This document shows positions 1-8,010 of a stretch of 64,000 nucleotides of DNA, piece by piece. The DNA is from a virus. The notes under the pieces were generated by a model. The model did not search any database. It was given only the letters and a program-made list of their open reading frames with translations, and was not told where the DNA came from. Location: the IMG/VR virus record IMGVR_UViG_3300009151_000043, positions 1 to 64,000 of that record, one strand, 5' to 3'. The stretch's first letter is position 1. Every line of letters starts with the position of its first letter. A program made the position numbers and the translations under genes.

Positions 1-595
1 ACAGACAACTGTCCATATAGCTTGAAGCTTCGCCTGGGCTAGTTGTCAACGCTTGATGATAAACAACACCCTTCCGAGGATGGTCTACTCCAAGCACGTC
101 AGTTATCTCACTGAGACTATCAGGATGGCTCAAGCTTCCGCAGGCCCATACCCTGGCTAGATCTAGATGTGTTCCCTCCCCCAGTGAAGCGGTGTGGAAC
201 ACGTCTTTGAAGAAGTTCATCTCACTGTATCGTGCAGCTCGCCTAGCTATAAAAGGGTACACAAACCGGCAGCCACGAAACGTGACTGTGCGTGCACCTT
301 CAATAGTTTTTAGCTTATTATACAGCCAGCGAAGTATAGTCTCCTCTACACAGGTAAGTGAAGTCTTTGTCTCTATCTTTCCAGTCTCTATATCTAGCAA
401 ACCTACCGCACATACGTATCCTGTAATTTCGCTATAGGCAGCATCTTCAAAATACTTATTTTTCTTTTTCTCTATATCCTCAGCAATCTTAACCGCATCT
501 TTGAGGTTTGCGGCGGCTCTGAATACAGGAGCTTTCAGCACCAACTCGGCTTTAGATAATGGTGCTGTCTCTATGTGTAATATGTATTGGTTCAT
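1..595 (-). CDS. PolB-related 3'-5' exonuclease-like protein with degenerate catalytic motifs (3' end runs off the window; not in the ORF track)
   Basis: Manual translation from ATG 595 (ATGA overlap with the upstream stop) is open to base 1: MNQYILHIETAP...ITGYVCAVG...EETILRWL...VTFRGCRFVYPFIARRA...HLDLARVW...SLSEITDVLGV. This matches the DEDD exonuclease layout (DIET / TFNGxxFDxPF / HxDL). Confidence 0.6.
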   Translation of the reverse strand, partial: MNQYILHIETAPLSKAELVLKAPVFRAAANLKDAVKIAEDIEKKKNKYFEDAAYSEITGYVCAVGLLDIETGKIETKTSLTCVEETILRWLYNKLKTIEGARTVTFRGCRFVYPFIARRAARYSEMNFFKDVFHTASLGEGTHLDLARVWACGSLSHPDSLSEITDVLGVDHPRKGVVYHQALTTSPGEASSYMDSCL

Positions 596-2697
596 ACTGT
601 TGTCAATGCATTGTCTACCAAGGCTGCGACCCCTTCAGCAGTGTTTTCTCGCTCTGGGTGATAATTGTGTGCATTTTCAGCGCCTGGTTGTCCTGTTGCG
701 CTTGCGAGCGTAGTGATGTTCTGTTGCATTACTCCGTCGTTTTTCAACGCAAGAAGTCTTGCTGCGATATCGTCATATCCTGCACCTGCGTAGTGCCGGT
801 CATTTACAATACAGCGATACTGCTTTGTTTCGAAATCGTACACTTTAGCAGTTTTAATAATTACCGCATACGTTCTGAGTGAGCCGTGGACTTTATAGGC
901 TTTTTCACCCATAAATTCAATTTGCTCAGCTTTCGTCAGCTTTACGGCTGTGGCGAGAAACTCTTTAGACTTCTCTACAGCCGCCTTCTTTGCTTCGTTG
1001 GCAGCAGACAATAGTTTAACAATATCTTCTTTAGTTAACAGTACCTGTTTGGTTTCTGTAGGCTTTCCCTCAGCATCCACACCTTTGACAGTAAACGTAG
1101 AGGCTTCAACAAGAAGTTTGGTCAACTCGTACTGACTCCACTCATATGACCTGTAGCCGAACGGACACGTCCAATCGCGCCTACGCATCCAACCGTTGTC
1201 TGTCTTTTTATTCAGTGTTTCTATACGCTTAACAAGTTTAGCCAGACTGACCTTGACTTTACGCTCTTTATCTATATGAATCTTTATGCATTTCTCTGCT
1301 TTATCAATACTGAACTGTAGCGCAGGCGCGTCCGGACCTGCTGTTTCATCGTTGTACTCGCGGTTTGTTATCGAGCTATGAATTTTTACTGGCAGTCCGT
1401 TAGCGATTACATCGTGCCACTTGATACTCATCCTACAAACGCTTTTCAGAAACAACTTATAGTCCTCCGCGTCGTGATAGCAAGAAGCTCTATGGATAGC
1501 TTTACTGATTTCTTCTCGATTAATCCTGACTTTGTTAAGATACCGTTGATATGTGTCAGAAACAGCAGGAGTGATGCTGATACCGTTCACACTGAAGGTA
1601 GGTAGCTCTTTTAATACCGCTGTGTCAACTTCCTCAGCTTCTGGTTGTGCGTTAGGCTCATCTAGATTTACAACCGCAACCAGAGCCTCGGGAGCGTTCT
1701 CTTTAACAAGCAGTCTTTCCACATGCTTCGCATACACATCCACGATAGTGTAGATATCAAACTCTAGGTTGAAGTTTAGACTTTTGAACAAAACATCCAG
1801 CAGATCTTCAGCTTCTAGCGATACCTGCGCGTAGGTGGCTGATGTTTTTGTCAAAACCACGTTATTAATAGTAGTTTTTTCTATTTCATCATTCATCAAT
1901 TTACTCACGACAAGAAGAGTTGTATTTTTCTTATAGTCGTCGTCGATGTGCTTGCTGAGAGTGTTATAGGCTGACTTCGTATCAGTATCCATTTTCTTGT
2001 GCATCTTCAAACGAAGAAGCTCGGCCTCGTAAACATTAATGAAGCAACCGTCACGCAGCATCTCAACAAGGCTTGGCTGCATGATACACATCATGAAGAT
2101 ATGTGCCGTGTTTACGTCATACTCATTAGCTACAACATAGTGTGTAGTGATTTCTCCTTTTTTATCTTTTTGTTCTATAGCTTTAAAATAGAACCCGGCA
2201 TCCAGGTAGTCATAGATAGGCTCGTCATTCCTAGCCATCAGAATGACGTGATTCATATGACGATTATCGTAATCTGTGATAATCCTATATGTGAAGTCTC
2301 CTTGCGTCGTTTCCGCAGGAGCATTTTTGATGACCTTTGGTCTGTACCCCGTACCGATACTTTCAGGCACAAGCTTCAAAGTCTTAAATAGCTTTGCCGT
2401 GTTGTGCTGGATATCGCTCAGTGTACGTTCCGGCTCATTACGTATTTTACACAGCTCGCTCCACCAGAATGGGGAATCTGTGAGCATGGTACTGTTCAAC
2501 GGAATTTGTTTAAACTTGGAAAAGCCATACAGGTCTTCCAAAGAAGAGAATCTGAGCTTGTGATAATTCGCAGTGTATACTGGCTGATATTGTGCGTCGT
2601 AGCCATAGCTTAGATCCATGTCGCCAGCTTCAGCAAACTTGAATAGCTGATTGATTTCTTTATTTAATTTTTTAAGTTCTGTGTAAGGAATATTCAT
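592..2697 (-). CDS. Large hypothetical protein (~701 aa) with C-terminal GxLRTY...CIV...D...LLALxND domain
   Basis: Long ORF. The track start at 2739 lies inside a terminator hairpin, so ATG 2697 (MNIPY) is preferred. The C-terminus resembles, from memory, the C-terminal domain of bacterial DUF4132 proteins. Confidence 0.75.
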   Translation of the reverse strand: MNIPYTELKKLNKEINQLFKFAEAGDMDLSYGYDAQYQPVYTANYHKLRFSSLEDLYGFSKFKQIPLNSTMLTDSPFWWSELCKIRNEPERTLSDIQHNTAKLFKTLKLVPESIGTGYRPKVIKNAPAETTQGDFTYRIITDYDNRHMNHVILMARNDEPIYDYLDAGFYFKAIEQKDKKGEITTHYVVANEYDVNTAHIFMMCIMQPSLVEMLRDGCFINVYEAELLRLKMHKKMDTDTKSAYNTLSKHIDDDYKKNTTLLVVSKLMNDEIEKTTINNVVLTKTSATYAQVSLEAEDLLDVLFKSLNFNLEFDIYTIVDVYAKHVERLLVKENAPEALVAVVNLDEPNAQPEAEEVDTAVLKELPTFSVNGISITPAVSDTYQRYLNKVRINREEISKAIHRASCYHDAEDYKLFLKSVCRMSIKWHDVIANGLPVKIHSSITNREYNDETAGPDAPALQFSIDKAEKCIKIHIDKERKVKVSLAKLVKRIETLNKKTDNGWMRRRDWTCPFGYRSYEWSQYELTKLLVEASTFTVKGVDAEGKPTETKQVLLTKEDIVKLLSAANEAKKAAVEKSKEFLATAVKLTKAEQIEFMGEKAYKVHGSLRTYAVIIKTAKVYDFETKQYRCIVNDRHYAGAGYDDIAARLLALKNDGVMQQNITTLASATGQPGAENAHNYHPERENTAEGVAALVDNALTTV

Positions 2698-2719
2698 TTT
2701 TAAATATATGTAGGTACGC

Positions 2720-2754
2720 AAAAAAGCCCCCTGGCACACTGTGTACCAGGGGGC
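2720..2754 (-). terminator. Rho-independent terminator downstream of the ubiquitin-like gene
   Basis: Minus strand GCCCCCTGG-TACACAGTGTG-CCAGGGGGC followed by TTTTTT. Confidence 0.85.
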
Positions 2755-2780
2755 ATGAACTGGGGCTGGAGAGGCTGCGC

Positions 2781-3098
2781 TTACTTCACACCGCCGACAA
2801 GAATACCGGTAAGAAGAACTGCAGGATCATCCATTGCCTGCAACTGTGCTTGCAGTTTCTGGATGTTGCTTTCTGTGCGATAGTCTGTGCCTTTGAACTC
2901 AAACTTTTCGCCGTTGATGAACACCCAGCGGGCGTTATTTTCAGCGTTTTCAAGAATGCACTCAGTTGCTGCTTCAAGGGTCAATCCTGCGCGGGTGTCG
3001 TGGCCCTTCGTGCTTGCGATGTCGATGTTGTATGTTTTCATGGTAGTTACTTCGTTGCTGACTTCTGCGTTAACTGCTGTGCTGTTGTTGTTTGACAT
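2781..3098 (-). CDS. Putative ThiS/MoaD/ubiquitin-like (beta-grasp) protein
   Basis: Strand-strand-helix pattern, WVFINGEKF (cf. ThiS VAVNGE), C-terminus VLLTGILVGG-VK. Confidence 0.6.
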   Translation of the reverse strand: MSNNNSTAVNAEVSNEVTTMKTYNIDIASTKGHDTRAGLTLEAATECILENAENNARWVFINGEKFEFKGTDYRTESNIQKLQAQLQAMDDPAVLLTGILVGGVK

Positions 3099-3123
3099 AA
3101 TATGATTTTTTGTTGTTACTGCA

Positions 3124-3152
3124 ATTATAACCGATTTTTAACCTACGGTCGA
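3124..3152 (-). promoter_or_regulatory. Putative sigma70-type promoter for the ubiquitin-like gene
   Basis: Minus strand TCGACC-17 nt-TATAAT, 25 nt upstream of ATG 3098, preceded by hairpin GGTTGTTC/GAACAGCC. Confidence 0.5.
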
Positions 3153-3183
3153 GGCTGTTCTGGGGGGAACAACCAAGACTTTA

Positions 3184-3978
3184 TTAGGCGTAGAGCTCCA
3201 CCGCTTTCTCTCTCAAAGCAGGAAGCAGTCCAGCGTTCTCGATGGCTGCTGTATATGTGACGTTGGAGCTTTTGCTGTAGTAGTTACACAGCCCCCAATC
3301 TTTAATCTGCTGCAACGGGAACTTTTTCTTCAATTCTTTATCAAATTCCTTGTAAAGGAAGCTGTAGGCCTCTCCTGTCAAAGGAGATACTAGGATTTCT
3401 TCGAAAGTCATGCCTTTCTCAAAACCGATTTTCTGTCCATTGCAGACGCACAGATTCCAGATTTCCGCTTTCAAAGATATCTGTTTAGCTTGCAATGGTT
3501 TATCTGCAGCCTTCTTGGGAGAAGCAGAGATTTCATAGCGTTTAACTTCTGGGAGGGCAGTTACCGGCTGCGGTGCTGCGCTCTCGGCATTAACAAAATC
3601 CATAGGGATGTCGTCAGTGGTGGGCTCGCTGAAAGGTAGATCCAGCTCCATTTGAGGCGCCTCCACATACGCAGCTGTAGCTTTTACTGCTACAGGCTTC
3701 CTTACAGGGTATGGCATACTGTTTCTCTTGAGCTTCTGGCTTTTTGTCAGCGCCTCTTTAAAATCTGCGCTACTCACAAGATAGCGATAGCGCACATCGT
3801 GACCTTCTCCTGTGCAAACGTGGATAGGGTTGCTGGGGAGGTTTTTCCTGAAGCCTCCACCATAAATTTTAATCAGGTCGTTTAAATAATAATATTTTTT
3901 CTTATTGATATCTACGCTACGGAGATCGACGCCGTCTACAGTGATTTTTTCAATTTTGTTTTGGATAACAGTGGTCAT
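3184..3978 (-). CDS. Putative DNA-binding protein with BRO-N-like N-terminus
   Basis: VDGVDLRSVDINKKKYYYLNDLIKIYG resembles BRO-N (iR.v.....wf...Dv...lg), followed by a Pro/Ala-rich linker. Confidence 0.45.
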   Translation of the reverse strand: MTTVIQNKIEKITVDGVDLRSVDINKKKYYYLNDLIKIYGGGFRKNLPSNPIHVCTGEGHDVRYRYLVSSADFKEALTKSQKLKRNSMPYPVRKPVAVKATAAYVEAPQMELDLPFSEPTTDDIPMDFVNAESAAPQPVTALPEVKRYEISASPKKAADKPLQAKQISLKAEIWNLCVCNGQKIGFEKGMTFEEILVSPLTGEAYSFLYKEFDKELKKKFPLQQIKDWGLCNYYSKSSNVTYTAAIENAGLLPALREKAVELYA

Positions 3979-4016
3979 TTGTATTGTTGTTTAGGTTTTT
4001 ACGTGCAGCCACCAGA

Positions 4017-4763
4017 TTATCTGTGGATGGGAAACTGCACATGACGGATTTTTCCACTCTTTAAAGGACGATCAACGCAAACTCTGCACCTAGCGCAGGC
4101 TCCCTTATCCTTTAGTTTTTTAGTTTTACCAGAGACTTCAGGGCAGATCAGCACTGGCCTGTCCTTGGGTATGTCAGCTGGCAGAGTATCACCCATCCAG
4201 GCTAGCGCCACGTTAGGGTAATTCTTGTACTCTTCATATATGGCAAATACTTTATCTCTGTTCACTGGGTCGCAGCTCAGCATCAGTGTGAGGTTTTTAA
4301 GCTCAGCCAGTATAGGTACAGCGAACATGGCTCGTGTATACGCCCAGAAATGCACAGCTGGGTGTTTCTCTATGGCTTTAGCCCAAGCGGCTGTGTAGGT
4401 GAGGTTGAAGAACTCTCCTCCAGTATGTATCCTGAAGAAGGGTTCCTGTCCACCACCATTTAACAACCATTTATCTATACTGTTCTCTATAATGCAGAGC
4501 TGCTCCTCAAAGCTCTTACTCCAAACTAGTGAAGTATTATAGTCTTCGTTAGCTGCATAATTCTTGCGCAGCTTACGAAGATTAACATCGTAGCACTTAC
4601 CAACACAGCCGCCCTCTCCCTCTGTAGCCGCCACACACGTTCCTCCGTGTGCTGGCAAGCCAGAAGCTAGGCTGAATGTGTTCCCGTGAGCTTTTTTAAA
4701 CCGTACTTTGCTATTGTCTGTCAGCTTAAAGCTACGGTAATCGTCTATTGTTTCCATTCCCAT
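4017..4763 (-). CDS. GP88-family (radical-SAM-like) phage protein
   Basis: TFSL...TC...C...CY, FRIHTGGEF, FWAYTR and C-terminal CP...CARCRVC, typical of gene-product-88 proteins. Confidence 0.75.
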   Translation of the reverse strand: MGMETIDDYRSFKLTDNSKVRFKKAHGNTFSLASGLPAHGGTCVAATEGEGGCVGKCYDVNLRKLRKNYAANEDYNTSLVWSKSFEEQLCIIENSIDKWLLNGGGQEPFFRIHTGGEFFNLTYTAAWAKAIEKHPAVHFWAYTRAMFAVPILAELKNLTLMLSCDPVNRDKVFAIYEEYKNYPNVALAWMGDTLPADIPKDRPVLICPEVSGKTKKLKDKGACARCRVCVDRPLKSGKIRHVQFPIHR

Positions 4764-7450
4764 AAGTTCTTTTCAAAATTCCATGCAGTTTCTTTCGCAA
4801 ACACTTTTTCTTTACCCTTCCATCTATCCATGATCTCCAGCTCACAGCCTACATTATCGCCTGTAGCAAGTTTTGTTTGGTGGCAAAACACATCTTTTAA
4901 TACTTCCTGGATATAGTTGTCCTTGCACAGATCTTTGTGTACAGCCCAGTAGCCTGCATCATGCACGGTATTTACAGGATATATGTACTTCATCCAAAGA
5001 CCTTCTTTCTTTAGCCTGTTCTTGAGGTTCACTGACGCTTCCCACATGAACCAGGCCAATTCACTAGCCACAGGGAACGCAAGACTCTCGTTCATCCATC
5101 CGGCAAGAATACCGAAGTTGTCTGTAGCTTCATACTGGAGTATGAGCCCTCGCGCATTAGTGATCCTTTTATAATCTTGTACTTCATTCGTGCAACGATC
5201 TCTGTAGGCCATATATTTTGTGTACCTTCTCCAGGTATCCAAAGCATACTCAAGTGTCTTCAAACCCACATGCAGCCCGTTCTCAGCATAGATGTCAGCT
5301 TGAATAGGTACTGCAGCGAACTTTAAGCCTGCAGTATACGACACACGGAATGTGATACTTTTAGCGATAACGTACTTACTCACATCTTTTTTTGTGAGTG
5401 TATGGTCATTAAAGTATTCACGCATCTTGGTCTGATGGAAATTACCAGATCTGATGTCATGGATGAAGTTTTCATCCTGACTCAGAAAGGCCATAATTGC
5501 CAAGTCAGCTCCGGCAACGTCAAGCTCACACCAGTAGTAGTCAGGGTCACCAGGATAAAATATATTACGTATATTTTTAGGCAATTGCTCACTGTACTCT
5601 TTCTGCTCATCACTGTTGAGATTACTGTAACCAGGCACAAAGATGTCCGGTATATACGCCAACACCTTTGATGCAGGATTTTGAACATTAGGGCTGCTGC
5701 TGGCCCTAAAATTCTTCAAGCACTCAAAGAAACTAGCGTGTATCTTTCCATCGCCACAGATAGCTGACCAGTAGCTTTGTTTGAGAGGCTCTTCATCATC
5801 CTCACTTTCAATTTCACCGTCCATCAATACGCCTTTCCTGGACAGAAACTTGTTGGCAAATACACTTATCCTCCCAACGCTGAGTAGCAGGGTTATAGCT
5901 TTGTGTGTGGCGTTCAGCTTTTCAAGATTCTCTTCCGTCTCTTCCAGTCCTTTAGCCTGCAACTCCTCAAGCTGAAATTTTATAGTAGACAGACTTTTGC
6001 CGTTCGTGCTTGGCTCGTAGAGCTTTTTTGTTTCAGGCTTCTGCTTGTCGTACCATACTTTGCTTTTGGGGCTCTTCCCTGACTTTGTGTAGTATGCTGG
6101 CTGAACTTTGAGTGTGTCGAACAAAAGCTCTTTTTTCTGAAGCGAACTGTTAGGATTGAATTCATCTATACCGAACCTTTCTTTTAAGAATTCTGTAAGT
6201 TCCTTTTTTAGTTCATCATATTTTCTACTGTATTTGTCAGATATGTCTTCTAGTACAGCCTTGTCTATACCTATACCAGTGAGTTCCATATCTGTGAAAT
6301 ATGTAGTCAAAGGAAGATAAATATCATAATAAGCAGATTTTAGCTCTTCAGGGAACAGGTGCATCATACGTAAACAAGCTTCACGATGACTCACAGCGTC
6401 CCCAGCACAATAATCGTAGTATATTTCTGGCTCAAGAAATTTCATCTTCGCCATTTCAGCCTTAGCTAGCTTGTGCTCTTTCATCTTGCGATTAAGTGCC
6501 GTGTAGTATGGCCGATACTTGGTGAACATCTTGATACCTGTCTCCAAGCCTTTAGGTAGTCTAGAGTCAAAGAACGCCACAGCTTTCATACCGTCAAACG
6601 CCAGGGTCTCATCAGGTAGATCAAACCCTCTATGGCGCAAACGTAGATCGTCAGCTCGTATATTCCAGCCAAGCCTTTTAGCTTCTGGATGCTCGAGCAT
6701 GATTTTCATCGTGTCCAAGAGTTCTCTATTCTCGGTTGCGCCATCGTTGCTAATATTCAACACTATGGCTATGTCTTTTTCACAAGAGTACTGGAACTCA
6801 TACATTACCTCGTCATCGGTAAATTTACTACCGAACCACTCAGCATCATAACCTATGGTGAACATACCTTTGCGTACGTACCTTTCAAGAATACGCCTAT
6901 TCTCTGCAGGGTCGTCAATCACGAAGTATGTGTAGTCTTGGTATTTAAGATTATCGTCAAGCGACCTTTTGGCCAGTTCGAATATCTCTTTGAACTCTGG
7001 ACGCTTTGTAGGGTCCATCATAACAATCATGCCTGGAGCATAATTGGCTAGAATTTTCCCATAAGCATTTTCAGTAATCTCCCCAATATAGTCCCCCATT
7101 TTAATGTTGGACTTCATGACGCGCTTGAATGCCTCGGCACCCAGCGGCATGATTAGCTTAGGCTTGATGGCCTCTATCTCTTTATCAAGGCTTTCTCGCC
7201 ACTCTTCAATATCCTCAGCACTAGGTTTACTTTTTACACCTATGCCGTGTTTTACCGTAGCTGTAAAATGTACTTTCTCTAAGGGAATATCTGCAGCACT
7301 CAAAGCAGCCAAAACTTCAGCTGCCGCATACCCTCGCTTACCGAAAGCTTCAGCCTCCAAGTCGTCTTTGTTTGGGTGAGAGAAGACAATCAGTAGCTCT
7401 GGAGCAGTACCTTCTGTTATTGTAGTATCTATCGTTATTCTGTCTGACAT
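4745..7450 (-). CDS. polA: Family A DNA polymerase with N-terminal uracil-DNA-glycosylase-like domain and 3'-5' exonuclease (SPO1-type architecture)
   Basis: UDG4-like N-terminus (EIEAIKPKLIMPLGAEA). Exo motifs YDAE, WNIRAD, YCAGDA. Pol motifs RASSSPNVQN, motif A Asp (ELDVAG), AKSITF...Y, VHD. Confidence 0.88.
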   Translation of the reverse strand: MSDRITIDTTITEGTAPELLIVFSHPNKDDLEAEAFGKRGYAAAEVLAALSAADIPLEKVHFTATVKHGIGVKSKPSAEDIEEWRESLDKEIEAIKPKLIMPLGAEAFKRVMKSNIKMGDYIGEITENAYGKILANYAPGMIVMMDPTKRPEFKEIFELAKRSLDDNLKYQDYTYFVIDDPAENRRILERYVRKGMFTIGYDAEWFGSKFTDDEVMYEFQYSCEKDIAIVLNISNDGATENRELLDTMKIMLEHPEAKRLGWNIRADDLRLRHRGFDLPDETLAFDGMKAVAFFDSRLPKGLETGIKMFTKYRPYYTALNRKMKEHKLAKAEMAKMKFLEPEIYYDYCAGDAVSHREACLRMMHLFPEELKSAYYDIYLPLTTYFTDMELTGIGIDKAVLEDISDKYSRKYDELKKELTEFLKERFGIDEFNPNSSLQKKELLFDTLKVQPAYYTKSGKSPKSKVWYDKQKPETKKLYEPSTNGKSLSTIKFQLEELQAKGLEETEENLEKLNATHKAITLLLSVGRISVFANKFLSRKGVLMDGEIESEDDEEPLKQSYWSAICGDGKIHASFFECLKNFRASSSPNVQNPASKVLAYIPDIFVPGYSNLNSDEQKEYSEQLPKNIRNIFYPGDPDYYWCELDVAGADLAIMAFLSQDENFIHDIRSGNFHQTKMREYFNDHTLTKKDVSKYVIAKSITFRVSYTAGLKFAAVPIQADIYAENGLHVGLKTLEYALDTWRRYTKYMAYRDRCTNEVQDYKRITNARGLILQYEATDNFGILAGWMNESLAFPVASELAWFMWEASVNLKNRLKKEGLWMKYIYPVNTVHDAGYWAVHKDLCKDNYIQEVLKDVFCHQTKLATGDNVGCELEIMDRWKGKEKVFAKETAWNFEKNLWEWKQ

Positions 7451-8010
7451 CTTATACTTAAGGTTACCGTGTTATAGTTTTTCCTGAGCTTCTTTTTGGC
7501 TACGTTTATCATGAACCCCACATTACCGGGTGTGGTGCGAAGCTTCTTGGCTATCTCGATATAACTCATGTCGCAGAAATATCTTAGGTACATTACAGCT
7601 TTTAACTTAACCGGAAGCATACTCATAACCTCTCCCACAAGAGACTCAACCCTCCCAGCTTCGTCTTTTTCTACTAACAGCTCTAAGGGCGAGTTGTCGC
7701 ACTCGCACGCCAGAGCCAAAGCACCTGACGGCATATCGGCTTCGTCAACAAAGCTATAGGCAAAGCATTCACCGAATAACAATCTTTTATCTTTTTTTAT
7801 TATTTTAAAAGATATGTTCCTACTCACTGCAAACAGCCAAGGAGCAGGATCTTCGCCGGTTGCAGTATATTTCGTCATCAGCCTGACAAAAGTCTCCTGC
7901 ACCACTTCATGAGATCTATCCAAGTCTTTTAATATGCTGTAGACAAATTTTCTCAAACTTGCGTAATTTTTTTCATATGCCTCTTCTACTTCCTTGGTGG
8001 TGAGTTTCAT
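7435..8010 (-). CDS. RNA polymerase sigma factor, ECF-like sigma-70 family
   Basis: Region 2 EVVQETFVRL...PWLFAVSRN. Region 4 LPVKLKAVMYLRYFCDMSYIEIAKKL...GNV. Confidence 0.88.
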   Translation of the reverse strand: MKLTTKEVEEAYEKNYASLRKFVYSILKDLDRSHEVVQETFVRLMTKYTATGEDPAPWLFAVSRNISFKIIKKDKRLLFGECFAYSFVDEADMPSGALALACECDNSPLELLVEKDEAGRVESLVGEVMSMLPVKLKAVMYLRYFCDMSYIEIAKKLRTTPGNVGFMINVAKKKLRKNYNTVTLSIRCQTE

